64,000 nucleotides of DNA from Octopus vulgaris (Eukaryota). The stretch covers positions 26,226,001 to 26,290,000 of the forward strand of contig OX597829.1 of the NCBI GenBank assembly GCA_951406725.2, in the 5' to 3' direction. The notes under the pieces were generated by a model. The model ran no database searches. It was not told where the DNA came from and saw nothing but the letters and a program-made list of their open reading frames with translations. The translations under genes and the position numbers were made by a program. Shown here piece after piece: positions 12,531 through 26,164 of the stretch (position 1 is the first letter of the stretch; each line of letters opens with the position of its first letter).

Positions 12531-13959
12531 GTGAAGATATTTTTCTCTCAGACAAAAACCATAGTATGATATCTCTCAAAGGTGCATATACATTTAGTAT
12601 GATACACATGGTAATTTTTAATTTAATGCCATTTCAGTTACATTCAAATCTTTTTACAGCTCAGCAAGCTCTCTGCAGTATCAGTGAATGTTTTATTCAT
12701 TGTTTCTAATATAGCGAGGCAGGAATTTTGTCTTGGTAAGCAACATGCATTGACAAGTCCCCAAGTAGGACAAAACATGTCTGTTGTTCTCATGAATCAC
12801 TGCCGCTACAACAGTTGCCTCACTCCAATATATATATTGTGCTTTTAAGCAGAGCATGTGTTGTCATTTTAGCAATTGACTGGCTCTGTTCTGTCTTCAT
12901 AAAGTTTCTCATTTATTTCTAATTCACAGATCACACAGTGGCTTGGAAGAATGTGTTGACTCACTTTATCATAGCAGGGTTTGTATTTATGTTGCGCCAG
13001 TATGCTCCAAACACTAACAGTGTGTCACACTATCTACATCATTACCAGCACAAGCAGCACTTGGTCACTTTCAGCATGCATGCAGATAGATTTTCTTTAT
13101 GAAGTTGCTTGCAAGGGCTAGACTCTGATGTCTTGCAAACAACTTGCACATGCAAGTGCTACCAGTCAAAAACTCCACATACTGGAAGCCAGCAAGTGTA
13201 TGGGGTCATCAGGAGAGAATGCGTGCTGTTTCGGGGCCTACCTCTCGACAGCATCAATGCGCACCGGCCCCCACTCACTGATATGAGGCCCCGCTTGCTA
13301 GATCAACTGGTTATCAAATAAAACTTGATATTCTTCTAGCCATCACTCATCGTTTCTTTTTAACCAAATCCAGTGGCTAGCCTTCTCCACTGTAGTTTGG
13401 ATATTTGTCAAGGTGGTATTGACTTTATGATGAGTTAGGCCTAACGATAACAACAGTCGTCTCACACTGTGTCCATCTGACTTCGATTGGAAAGTGCTCT
13501 GCTAGACTCTGAGCTGTAATAAGTAAACATTATATTTGCTCTCAATCTTCCATCTCCTTTAACTCATTAGCAGTAAGATTATTCTATCAAATGTAAGCTT
13601 ATTTTATCCACATGAATCAATCATGCACTATCTCATAGCTTTGAGGTTTTGATGATGTGACTATATACTTTTAGGATGACATTGTAGGGTAGGTGTATGA
13701 GGTCAGATCTGGTTGGTTTGAACACAAAACAGGTAAAATATTTGGGCTGGATATAGCCAGTTTAAATGTTAAAATGTTAAATCCAGTGACATATTGAAGC
13801 AAAAACCTTGTTGCTATTTTATCAGAAAAAATAATCCCAGTATACATCTTTCTGCAACCATGAATTCCCAAAATACCAGGAGAGGCAAACTTCTTTAAAT
13901 AATTTACCCTTCATGGAATTGTTAACCATCCAAAATTTCTAAAAACAAAATTTTAAAAT

Positions 13960-15625
13960 CATCATCATCATAACTTAACGTCTGTTGTTCATGCTGGCAT
14001 GAGTTGGACGGTTTGACCAGAGCTGGAAGGCTGCACCAGACTCCAGTTTGATTTGGCATGATTTCTATAGTTGGGTGCCCTTTCTAACGCCAACCACTCT
14101 GAGAGTGTAATGGGTGCTTTTATGTGCCACCAGCATGGGTGTCATTTGCATGACTACTATTTTACTTAGCTTGATGAGTCTTCTTCTAAAGCATGGCAAA
14201 ATGTCAAAGTCTGGGTCATTTGTCATTGCCTCTGTGAAGCCCAACATTGGAAAGGTGCCTTTTGTGTACCACTAGCACCAGCCTCCTAGTCATTGCCTCT
14301 ATGGGGCTTAAGAGTTCGAAGATCATGCTTCATAACCTTGTCCCATGTCTTCCTGGGTCTACCTCTACCATAGGTTCCCTCCACAGTTAGAGATCAACAC
14401 TTCTTTACACAACTATCCTCATCCTTCTTGCTTATCACATGATGCCTCTTATGCCCAACTTGTCTCTCAAGATACTTACACTCTGTTGTACATACACACT
14501 GACATTGCACATCCAATGAAACATATTGGCTTCATTTCTTTCAAGCCTAGACATGTCTTTCACTGTCACAGCCCAGGTTTCACTGCCATGTAGCATAGCT
14601 GTTTGCATGCAGGCAACATACAATCTGCCTTTCACTTCGAGCGAGAAACCCTTTGTTGCCAGCAGAGGTAGGAACTCTCTGAATTTTGCCCAACCTGTTC
14701 TTATTCTCACAGCTATGCTCTCAGAGCATCCACTTCCACTATTGACTTAGTCACCAAGATAGCAGAAGCTATCTACTACCTCTAGTTTACCCACTGGCAG
14801 TTGATGGAATCTATTCTCTGCACATTTTTGGTGTCTATTGTACCTGTGCACCTTCCACACACAAAAACTGTTTTCCCTGTTAACTTTCTACTGATATTGT
14901 TGCACCTCTTATGTGTCCATAGCTTACACTGGGTACATCTTATGGAGTTTCTACCTATGCCTATTCTACAGATTGAGCAGAGCCATCTACCTGAAAGGAG
15001 TTGTGGTTTGTGTACCTTCTTGCTTACAAAGACTTTGGTTTTTGCTAGGTTAACTCTAAAGCCTCTCAATTCTGGACCTTGCTTCCATACCGGAAACTTC
15101 TCTGGTAGTTCTGGTAGTGATTCAGCTATAAGAACAAGATCATCAGCATAGAGGAGCTCCCAGGGGCAGCCTGTCTTAAGTTCCTTTGTTATTGCTTGGA
15201 AGAAGCAGCTGAGGACCAATCCCTATTAGTAACCTGAATTCTTCTCTGTACTCATTGCCAACCCTCACATTACTGTCAGTATCCTTGTACATGGTTTGTA
15301 CAGCTATCACCAACCAATCATCTATCCCTAATTTCCATACTGACTACCAGATAAGGGATCAGGGGCCCTGTCAAAGGCTGTCTCCAAGTCAACAAAAGCC
15401 AAGTACAGAAGTTTATCTTTGGCTATGTATTTCTCCTGCAGCTACCTTATTAGAAATATAGCATCAGTGGTGCTTCTCTCAGGCACAAAACCAAACTGCA
15501 TCTCATCTAGACTTTCTCCCCAATTAGTTGGGCTATTATCCTCACTGTAACTTTCATTACCTGTTCCATCAATTTGATAGCTCTATAATTATTTCAGTCT
15601 AAGGCAAAATCCTTTACCTTTTACT
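13960..15625 (-). mobile_element. 5'-truncated RTE-type LINE (RT C-terminal half, Cys-rich PHD-like insert, 3' tail)
   Basis: ORFs 14782..15219 (ELLYADDLV, CSIC..C..C..WTHKRC..CGRC) and 14435..14710 (LHGSETW). The 3' tail ends in (gat)n on the minus strand near 13960. Confidence 0.88.
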
Positions 15626-15823
15626 TGTTGTAGTCATTAGACTGCAGCCATGCTGGGACACTGCCATAAAGGGTTTTAGACAAACAAATCACCCCCTGTA
15701 CTTATATTTTCAAGCCTGGTACTTATTCTATTGCCAAGCTGCTAAGTTACAATGATGTAAACAAACCAACTCTAGTTTTCAAGTGGTGGTAGTGGAAACT
15801 ACACACACACACACACACACATA

Positions 15824-16923
15824 CCAGGTATCCCAGAAAGTGTTACCTACCATATTTTTGTAATTACTCATATTTACAAAAGAGGGCAATCAAACTTCCT
15901 ACATGAATCAAATTTGAAAACGACCACCTCTTGCTTTGATCATGGCTTGCAAACGAGTGTTTACTGAACTGCAACAGTACTGCACCACCTTGTCAAATTT
16001 ACTCCACACAGATCTGCCATAATATTCGAGGTATGGGCTGGGCCACTGTCCTGAGTGAAGACAGACCTGTTTCCAAATGTTCATTTAATCATGGCAACAA
16101 AATTTTCTTCCAACATTTCAACATAAACTGTGATATTCACATTAACACCCTCATAAACTCATAAATGAAGATGAAAGGAGACTTGGATCCATCAGATACT
16201 ATGGCAGCCCACTACAACCCCAGCTGGTTTCTGATGATGAAAATAGGTTCAGCTCCCTTTAGACAAATCTTGAGCATCAGTAGCATACAGCCTGTAATTC
16301 TGTTTGTTTGTAACAGTCTCCACAGTGAAGGATCTTCTTGTCACTCCAAATGAAGACTTTGTGATGCTGTTCATCTCCACTATCATCTTTTTTCCCCTGT
16401 CAAGCCATATTTTCTTCAAAGCTGCTGAAATTACTTGTCTGGCTTGCTTTTTGTGTCTTTTGTTTGAGATCCTCTTTAGCAATCCTGTACAATGAAGATT
16501 TTGAAATATTAAGCTCTCTTGCCATTTTTTGCATGCTTCAACGAAGATTCTTGCGAACTCTCTTTCTCACAATATCAATCACAGTTTTGGTGTGAACAGT
16601 TCTTTTACACCCTGGAATTGGCTTGCTTGATGCCAGGTCAGATTGATTATAACATTCCCAGACATTATACACTGTCTTACAACAAACATTGAGCTGTTTG
16701 TCAGATCATTGTCAGATCTTCCTGCTGATTTTAATGCAAGAATTTGATCATATTTAACGTGAGATGCCATATTTGTGGACAAAATTATTATAGACAAACA
16801 AAACTATAAACACTTAAAGCTGAAACATACACAAATTGCTGTGTGCAATCAAAAATATGATTGCTTATCCAATAATTTTCAAGAATTTCTTTAATTCTCA
16901 GTAAATCTTTCAAGGACACCCAG
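15824..16923 (-). mobile_element. Decayed Tc1/mariner-superfamily transposon (maT/DD37D-like)
   Basis: Imperfect TIRs (ta ccaggtatcccagaaag / ctttcaaggacacccag ta). Minus-strand remnants include an HTH start (MASHVKYDQILALKSAG), WSDKKI, VFTQDSGPAHT and a C-terminal RLQAMIKARGG. Subfamily assignment is tentative. Confidence 0.75.
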
Positions 16924-16955
<32 letters not shown>

Positions 16956-17032
16956 GGGAATATTATTCCAAACTTAGAGGGAAAAATTCAATTTAGTAAT
17001 ACTAAATCAAATTTCACAATATGTAATATATG

Positions 17033-17275
17033 TATATAAATTAGAGAAGAACCACCTTTTATCAATTTAACAATGAAATAATTAAATTATACCATATAGG
17101 AAAAAATTAAATATACGATAAAACATATACCAATAATTAAGTAAAGTACATTATTATGTACTTTACTTAATTATTGGTAAATGTTTTATTGTATACTTAA
17201 TTTTTTTCTATATGGTATAATTTAATTATATCATTGTTGAATTGATAAAAGGTGGTTCTTCTCTAATTTATATAT
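17033..17275. repeat. AT-rich near-perfect palindrome, arms ~120 bp
   Basis: aattagagaagaaccaccttttatcaatt ... taagtaaagtaca|ttatta|tgtactttactta ... aattgataaaaggtggttcttctctaatt. Confidence 0.9.
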
Positions 17276-17340
17276 ATATATATAATAGAAATATTAAAAT
17301 TACTAAGTCTCTCTAAAGGAGATTACGGCAGCGTTACTGG

Positions 17341-17725
17341 ATATTAATAGTTATCGCCATACTAATATGGCAGTCTATAAATATAAGACTAAAGCTGTCG
17401 CTGATTAGCTCCGAGAGGCCATCGCCTCTAGCTAGCTATATGACACGAACCTGCGTCCATTACAACCTTTGAACAGACGGTCAGTAGCGACACCTGCTGG
17501 TTCTGACTATGCTGTATTGATAAAGGGCAACAACCCTGAAACATGCCTGCAGATGTCTGACTAGCAAGGTGAAGCGGCTGACCTCCCCTGTTTGAAGGTT
17601 GTAATGGACGCAGGTTCGTGTGTCATATAGCTAGCTAGAGGCGATGGCCTCTTGGAGCTAATCAGCGACAGCTTTAGTCTTATATTTATAGACTGCCATA
17701 TTAGTATGGCGATAACTATTAATAT
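17341..17725. repeat. Foldback element with ~135-bp near-identical arms
   Basis: atattaatagttatcgccatactaatatggcagtc...gaacag and its reverse complement ctgtttgaagg...gcgataactattaatat. The spacer is itself partly self-complementary. Confidence 0.92.
17512..17552 (+). ncRNA. Degenerate minimal hammerhead-like motif in a foldback loop
   Basis: ctgta TTGATAA aggg-caacaa-ccct GAAA catg CC tgcag. Stems I (ctgta/tgcag) and II are intact, but the core has three substitutions. Confidence 0.4.
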
Positions 17726-17959
17726 ATATATATATATACAATGAGCTTCCACACAGTTTCCATCTGCCAAATTCACTCAAAAGGCATTGGTCAGCCCAGG
17801 GCTATTGATGCCACATAATGGTATTGAATCTGAAATCACTTGGTTGCAAAGTGAGCTTCTTCACAATAATTCTTTGTGTGTGATTACCTCCACAATAAGA
17901 AATATTTAATGAAATTGAAAAAGGACAACAAAAAATTCAGTTATATTATATTGTGACTA

Positions 17960-18450
17960 ATGGAATATCTGATGAGAAATATGAGTTTGGTGGTGTTCCA
18001 CTAACATGCAAAGTGTACTGGGAAGACTTTCTTGAGATAACCAATGTCTCAGTCTTCTAATTCTTCTCATCCCTGCCTTGTAGCACTCGGCAGTGAACCC
18101 ATTCAGTTTATGTTGGAGATCCTCTTCAGAACATCTACCAATTGTGATATCATTTTCATAATGGCTGCACATACCAATGCAGTTCATAAAAGTTATGAAA
18201 AAATGAAGTGGCAATACACACCCCCGCTGAAGTCCAACATGCACTTTGAAAGCTCTCGATTTAACATTTACCTAAAGACAAACATTTGACCAGTCGTATA
18301 GGGACTTGACAGCATCCAGAAGTTGCCCATTTATCTCAAGCTCTTGCAAAACCCTCTGCAGTATGCAGTTGTTTGCCTTTTCAAGGTTTACAAAGCAAGT
18401 GTACACTTCATGGTAATATTCACACAATTTCTAGAAGACCAGCTGTAAAG
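17960..18450 (-). mobile_element. Old LINE reverse-transcriptase fragment
   Basis: ORF 17957..18244 GLQRGCVLPLHFFITFMNCI resembles RT GLRQGCxLSPxLF, with upstream CFVNLEKA (FxDxxKA-like). Confidence 0.6.
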
Positions 18451-21254
18451 ATGGTTGAATAATATACATAGTTTCAAATTAGTCACACTTGGGGATCCGG
18501 CAGTAAAATGTAATTACCTTGCTTCTGATAGGACCTTACAGAGGCAATCCCTGAGGACTCTAACCCAACGACCCTCCAGAAATAGCAAGCAGAAAAATGG
18601 ATATGTGATTGGTGAATATTAGCGAGTGATTTGATATTTGATTGGAAATTACTGAATTTAACTTTAAATTACTGCGCTTTTTCCAGATTTAGTTCACTAA
18701 TAATTTGGCACCCTTAATGCCCAAATTATTTAAGGTATTTATCAACCCTTTACTCCCAGGCAAGGGGAAGTCAATATTAATCACTTTGTCAATCCCCTTT
18801 GATATTCTAATGATGCCTTTCTGTTGCTATGTTTTCAGTCTATCTACAGCCAAATTTCATTTATCATATTTACCAGCATATAAGATGTTCTTGCATAAGA
18901 TGCACCATACTTTTTAAGTATATTTTGTGTAAGGAAAAACAAATTTAGTAAGTTTGATCAAATACTTACTGAAAGACATTTTAAATTAGTTCTTTAGAAC
19001 TAATGTATGATCCTGTGCATGTAAATACAATGCTGTAATTGGACACTGGGATAAAATATGAAAGCATAAATTTATTGTGCATAAAGTATGTTATGTTAGT
19101 ATCTGTATTTTAGTTTCATCTTCTTTCAGATATAGTTAGTGTAGTTGGTTATATTGGTCAAGACAATTGTCATACAGGATATGTAAAATATGTATTTCTA
19201 GCTGTAATGTTTTATGCAACTGTAATTAGCAACCAGCACAGCACAGCATCACTATTTTGTTGCCACCTGCTGAAACAGCTGAGAGATAACTGAAAGTTAG
19301 CCTTTAGCACACTGTAGGTGCATCATGTCACCATATGAATTTTCTCCCTTGTAGTAAGAGGGCAGTGGTAGAGGAAACAATTCTGGAGAAAATGCAGTGC
19401 TAAAGGTTAAAATTCTTTTCCTCTTTTGAGAATTTTTCATTTAGATAAAAAAAAAATGTTTATTAAAGGCAACACAATTACTAAATAACGTAAGACATAT
19501 CAGGTATGATTATGTATGCAGAGGCAGGGGGTATAATGAAATGATGCAACATTCCCATATAATTGCTAAGGTACCATAACAATTTTTTTTGTTTGCGCTA
19601 ACAATCTGTGATAATTTAACCTGCTTCCAATGTTTTATTATTAATAACAATTATTGTACCATCCTGCACCCTTGGTCTCCTATCAACAATACAACCACAT
19701 TAGATGGGTTAAAGTTTGGATACATTTAAAAATAAAATGCATCATATTCACTAGCAAATATGGTACTTTTGAGTGGATAAATTAGAATTTGATCAATAAT
19801 TTTCATGTACATCAGTTCATCTCATCTAATTTCCTCTAATGTCCAGTATAGCTGCACTGTAACTAACAAACAAGTTATAGCACAGGTGTTCATAGTAAGT
19901 CTTTTGTACTGTACTCACTCCTTAATCTCTCAAGATATTGCGTCACCTCATTCCAGTACCCCTAGGTACTTATATCTTGCTTCTTCTGAGTCAACCTTTT
20001 TTTCCATTGTGTAATACTATACCAATGCTACTCTCCATTCTCCAGTTTTTCCCTGTGCTTTGACTACCAATATATATGATATCCAGTCAACACTGCTCAA
20101 TCACAATACTGGTTTGTACATAAATGTCCTACAGAATTTTAAAGCTGTTGTTGTCCTGTATTCTAACTTTTTATTTGCTTCAGTCATTGGGCTACTGCTA
20201 CACTGGAGTGCTGCCTTGAAGGGTTTTAGTCAAACAAATTGACTCCAGTACATGAGTTTTTAAAAATCTGGTAGATTCCTAGATCAGGCTGTGTGTTGTG
20301 TTCTTCAGCAAGATACTTTATTTCACATTGCTCCAGTTTACTCAGCTGTAGAAATGAGATGTGACATTACTGGTGCCAAGCTGTATTGGCTTTTGCCTTT
20401 CCCTTGGATAAGACTGGTGGTGTGGGAAGGGGAAGCTGGTATGCATGGGCAACTGCTGGTCTTCCATAAACAACCTTGCCCAGACTTGTACCTTGGTGGG
20501 TAACTTTCTAGGTACAATTCCATGGTAATTCATGACCAGAGATAGTCTTTACCCTTTATACTTATTCAATCAGTTTCTTCAGCCAAATCACTTTGTTACT
20601 GGGACAGAAACAAACTGGCACTAATTAAGCTGTGGGAGTGGAACATAAAATATATGACAGGCTTCCATACAGTTTCTATCTACAAAATTCACTCACAAGG
20701 CACTAGTCAACTAGGAATATAGGATACTTGTCCAAGGAGCTGTGCAGTGGGACTGAACCCAAAACCTTGTGGTTACAAAATGAGAGATTACCAGTGAATA
20801 TATTGATCCCCTTTGCTGTGACAAGCTTTGTATTCACATTGTCCAGGCATCCCCCATGCAATGAGAGTATCACTCTATATTCAGCAATCCATTCTCATCT
20901 GTTTTTGTCATCCTTCATTTCTCTCTAAAGTCCTCCACTACCTCAGATTGACCCAACAGGTGCAGATGGCATAAAAAAAAGCAACCAGTACATGTTGTAT
21001 GGTTAGCATTAGGAAAGCCATTCAACTGGAGAAACCATGTCAAAGAAAATGTCAGTGCACAATGCAGTCTTTTGGCCTGTCATATCTTGTCAAACTATCC
21101 AACCCATACCAGCATAGAACATGGACGTTAAATGAAAATGATGATTTTGAAGAATCTCTGATATAACGACAGTCTTTATGGAACTGATCACAAAAGCCTG
21201 AACCAGAGATATAATAAGACTTTGTTTCTTTCTTTAATTCTGTCCTCCCTAATA

Positions 21255-21821
21255 TTGGGTTGTCTGGAAAGTTCATGCCAATTTATAGTAGCTTACATTT
21301 CGACTTATTTTAGAACATGGTTGAGTCCGTAAAATAGGATTTGACTACACCTCCATTTAGAGCACAGTTTAAGCTATCTTTTCATGGAAGAAGATTTATG
21401 TTCCTATAACTTGTGTTAATTCTGTAACCCTTTAAAATGGAAGATAAGAAAGTTTATTTTTGGCACTTAATGCTTTGGGAATCAGACAAAAATTGCTGTA
21501 GCTTGGCTGGGATGTGTTACCCCCACCCTCCATATTCACCAGATATTGCTCCTTCGGATTTCCACTTATTCAGGTCTCTGCAGAATAGTCTTAATGGTAA
21601 AAATTTAAATTCCTTGGATGACGTAAAAAGATACCTTGATGAATTCTTTGCCATGAAACCCCTTCAATTCTGGGAAGAGGGTATTTTCAAGTTAAAGGAA
21701 AGATGGAGACACAGTGTGCAATAAAGTGGTTCATATTTGGTTGATTAAAAATGTAATGGCAAGTATTTATAAACCGTTTTCTTTCCTTTAAAAATCGGCA
21801 TGAACTTTCCGGACAACCCAA
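21255..21821 (+). mobile_element. Internally deleted mariner (567-bp non-autonomous derivative)
   Basis: TIRs ttgggttgtctggaaagttcatgcc / ggcatgaactttccggacaacccaa with TA on both sides. ORF 21437..21724 joins the transposase N-terminus (MEDKKVYFWHLMLWE) to HPPYSPDIAPSDFHLF. Confidence 0.9.
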
Positions 21822-22559
21822 TACACGTCTTTGACTCACTAGTCTTCACATTGTTACCTTTTCAAATTTGTAGGTCCATTGACTTTTTTTATATGAATTT
21901 TTAGCTTCAATCTCTTCCTTCTTCAAACCCCACCCACCACAACAAAATTGAGATCTTAAATCCAAGGTGACATGTAAAAGACACTGGTGTGGTTGCTGGT
22001 GCAATGTAAAAAAGCACTGGTGATGGTGCCATAGAAAAATCACCCGGTACACTCTGTAAAGTTTTTGGCATTAGGAAGGGCATCCAGCTGTATAACCCAA
22101 GCCAAAACAGACATTAAATGATGATGATAATTATATTCTATATCAGTTATCAGGGATGATTATCTTGAGGTTTGGTGACAACAAGTTTCCTTAAATCTAA
22201 AGAACCTTTCTTAAGATTCTTGCAAAATACTTTACTGCATGTTGGCGATGCAGATCTCAATTCCAATAAAAATCCCATAAAATCCAGCAATTCTTATTCT
22301 TTATCACAAATTTCTGCTTCATGTTTATGCCACTTCTGTTACTTTTCAGCCACACTCTCAACTAACATTCCAATGACCTCTTTTACACACACAGTCATGC
22401 CTGTGCATATATACTTTTTGTGTTAGCATTTACTCAAGAGGTGATTAATACTTTCATCACATTTCCCACAGATTCAGCATTTGTTCTGAGTTTTATTTGA
22501 TATTTGTCTTTATCAAATTCATCCCAACAGCATATTTCTGAGTGACTATAATTAGTGTT

Positions 22560-22618
22560 CTCACAATAGCTCAGTTGGTAGAGCGGAAGACTGGAGTAAG
22601 TTATTATTATTATCTTTA
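22560..22618 (+). pseudogene. Truncated tRNA-Tyr-like pseudogene (5' half)
   Basis: ATAGCTCAGTTGGTAGAGCGGAAGACTGGAG compared with tRNA-Tyr ATAGCTCAGTTGGTAGAGCGGAGGACTGTAG. No T-arm or 3' acceptor strand is present. Confidence 0.6.
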
Positions 22619-22710
22619 TTTTTGTGTCAACAATGAAAACATAAAAGGAAAAATAAAAACAAACAATATAAGTGTGTGTATGTGTGTCTGTATGTTATAT
22701 AACAATATGC

Positions 22711-22741
<31 letters not shown>

Positions 22742-23166
22742 ATTTTATTCAAATTGTGTTTAACATATTTCAGAAAAAAATATTTTTTCAATTTTTTAAA
22801 ATTTTTATATATTGATTTTCAAAGTTTCAAGTTTGTGTTTTATTTATTTTAGTAAATTTCGGTTTAGTGTGTATTTTTCATCTTTTCTCTCTTTTTTTTC
22901 CCCTTTGACAACAAAGTGTGTGCATATATATGTATATATGTAGGCACATATATGTATGCACATGTGTGTGTATGTGTGTGAGTGTGTATGTGTGTGTATA
23001 TATATATAAATATATATATATACGCAAGCACACATACATAGACACACACACACTTATAGATAAAAATATAAATGCATACATATATATACACACACACATA
23101 CACACATATATATATATATACATACAGATACATATATATGTACACATATATATTTTATATATTATG

Positions 23167-23198
<32 letters not shown>

Positions 23199-23888
23199 TA
23201 TCTATATATTTATACTTATACATACATATATATATAAGGTAACTTTCTCTTCTATTTCAAATCTTTATATTTCTTCGGGAGGCAAAGAAAAACACAAACA
23301 AGCAAATATATATGTACACATGCACGCACACACACATCCACACCCACTTATATATATATGTATATTATATATATGTAGGTAGGTATATGCATAAAGTAAC
23401 AGTTTTTTTTCAGTCTATTTTGTAAATATTTCTTTTTCCCAACATAATCTCCTTTCTACAGCTGTTTAGTTTCTTACATATTTCTTTCAGACCAACAAGA
23501 AACAAAATGATTAGATATAAAATAATAACATTTCTTTTTATATCCTTTAAATATAAGTTGTGTTTTATGATTGCAATTAAATTTTTTTCTTTTCAGTTTC
23601 ATGGCAAAAAACATATACGTGTGTGTGTGTGTGTGTATTTATATGTCTATATATATGTATACACATTCTGCAAGCACTTGGAAATCACACTGGTGCTGGT
23701 AGTATGAACAAAAGTACCTAGTACACTTTGTAAGTGGCTGACATTGAGAAAGGCTTCCAGCTGTAAAATCCATGCCAAAGCAGAATTGAACTTCAGCACA
23801 TCCCTCTGACTCACCAACTCCCATTAAACAATTCAAATCATACCAGAATGGAAGAAGGAACATTCAATGATGATGATACAAGTGTGCA

Positions 23889-23930
<42 letters not shown>

Positions 23931-23931
<1 letters not shown>

Positions 23932-24803
23932 GAGGTGGTATCATAAAGTTGCTCGACTAGTTCTGTAGCACACCAATAGCTGACAGCACACAGATATGTG
24001 CGTAGTGAGTGCTAGCAGAAACTTTCATAAGGCAGTGTGCTGAGTTTTTGTCATGGACAGGAAATTAGAACAAAGAGCCAACATGAAATTTTGTGTTAAA
24101 CTTTTGCAAATCTGCTACAGAGACATTGAGCTGGCTTTGGCAAGCTTACAGTGACAAGGCAACGGGTCGTGCACAACATATCAAGTGACAAGGCAACGGG
24201 TCGTGCACAACATATCAAGTGACAGAGGCACATAACAGTGCTGCAGCTCAATCAAGAGCATGCTTATAAATAATTTTTTTTTTTTGACATCCACGGTACT
24301 GTGCATTGAGAATTAGTCCGCCAGGGCCAGACCATCAGTTGAGAGTGCTACTGCAATGTTTTGAAGCTTTTGAGGGAGGACATTTGGTAAAAGCGACTGG
24401 ATCTATGGAGTGTGAAGAATTGGATTCTTTGCTACAACAATGCACCCTGTTACCAAGGTCTCCTTACTCGTGAGCTTCTCGCCAAAAACAAAATGAAATC
24501 GCTTCAACACCTGCCTTATTCACCAGATTTAGCGCTTGTGAACTTCCATCTCTTCAAGATGAAAATGCAGCTCAAAGGTCACTGTTTTAACACTGATGTA
24601 GATATTCAGAGAGAATTGCAGAAGGTCTTTCACTTGCTTACGGAAAACTATTTCCAGACCAGATTCCAAAAGTGGCAGGAACACTGGGACTGGTGTATTG
24701 CTGTGCAAGGGGACTACTTCAAAGGAGATGATGTCAAAACTTAGGTAGATAAGTTACTTTTTATTACACATAATGTGTGCAGGAACTTTTTGATACCACC
24801 TCA
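23931..24803 (+). mobile_element. Decayed mariner transposon (deleted copy)
   Basis: TIRs tgaggtggtatca..aaagtt / aactttttgataccacctca with TA flanks. Remnants ELEQRANMKFCVKL and ORF 24412..24744 with YNNAPCY and PYSPDLALVNFHLF. Confidence 0.85.
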
Positions 24804-25709
24804 TATAATCATCATTATTCAATGTCCGTCTTCTAAGATGGTATGGGTTGGACGGGCTGACAGGAGCTGGTATGCCAGAGAACTATTTTCTGTTTTGGCA
24901 TGGTTTTTATGGATAGATTCTCTTTCTAATGCCAACCACTCCAAGAGTGTACTGGCTGCCTTTTATGTGGCACCAGCACAAGTGCAGTCACCAAGTAACT
25001 TGCAAGACAAGTAAATATATGTGTACACACAGTGTGTAAGTGTGTATGCATATATATATTTATATGTAGTGTGTGTATTAAAGTGTATATGTGCATATTT
25101 ATATATATATATATCTATATATATGATTTACCATTTTTATTTTCAGTTTTTTTTTTGTCCCAAGATAATCTCGTTTTTACAACTGTTTCATTAAAATTGA
25201 AAAAGGAAAAAAACAAACAAAAAAAAACAAAACAAAACAAAACAAGAGACTTCTCGGAAAAGAAAAAAAGATTATAAAGTTTTTTGAAAATTTCTAAATA
25301 ATTTTTTTGAAAAAGTCTTTTTGCTAATTTGCCAATATCTTAGTTAATTTCAGTTGGACAACAACAACAACAACAAACAAGAAATAATTATATATAATAT
25401 AACATTCTTTGTGGTATTTAAATGTAATATGTATTTGTATGATTACAACTATCTTCTTTTTGTTTTGAGAGCAACAGAACAGAAAGAAGCCAAAGTTCAC
25501 CTCTTTCTGCTTCTGCTATGTTTCTGTCAACCATATCCACTCACAAAACTTTGGTCAGCCCAGGACTATGGTAGAAGACATTTGTCCAAGGTGCCAGGCA
25601 GTGGAACTGAACCTGAAACAATGTGGTTTGGAGTTGGGAAGCAAATTTCTTAAACACACAGGCTGTTTTGCATCTGTGTCTGTGTGTGTGCACATGTGTG
25701 AATGAAAAT

Positions 25710-25761
<52 letters not shown>

Positions 25762-25985
25762 TGCAGCGTGGAAGGTGTTTATAAGCCAGCATGGAATTTT
25801 GTCAGTGAACAGGTCGCAGTCTTAAAGCGACTAAAATATTTTGGTAAATTATATTTAAATGTTGAAGTGAATCTAACGGTTTTTGTGTGATTTTAAATGG
25901 CTTATAAACACCTTCCACTCTGCAATTGCTTTTGTTTCAGCACACAATCTCAGATCAGGTCACTTGCTATGCAAGTACATCTCCG

Positions 25986-26027
<42 letters not shown>

Positions 26028-26164
26028 GTACAAATAAATACATTCCCCTAACTTGACAAACGGATGAGAGTTGGTGACAGGAAGAGCATTCAGGTGTAGA
26101 AATAAGGAAACACTTAGAAAATTACAATTTTTTAATCTCATGTGAGATATTCAGCAACAGTACT

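Noticed and set aside
12540-13350. Non-repetitive-looking stretch that could be an exon or a transposase relic
   Set aside because: No sustained ORF, convincing splice-site pair or recognisable motif.
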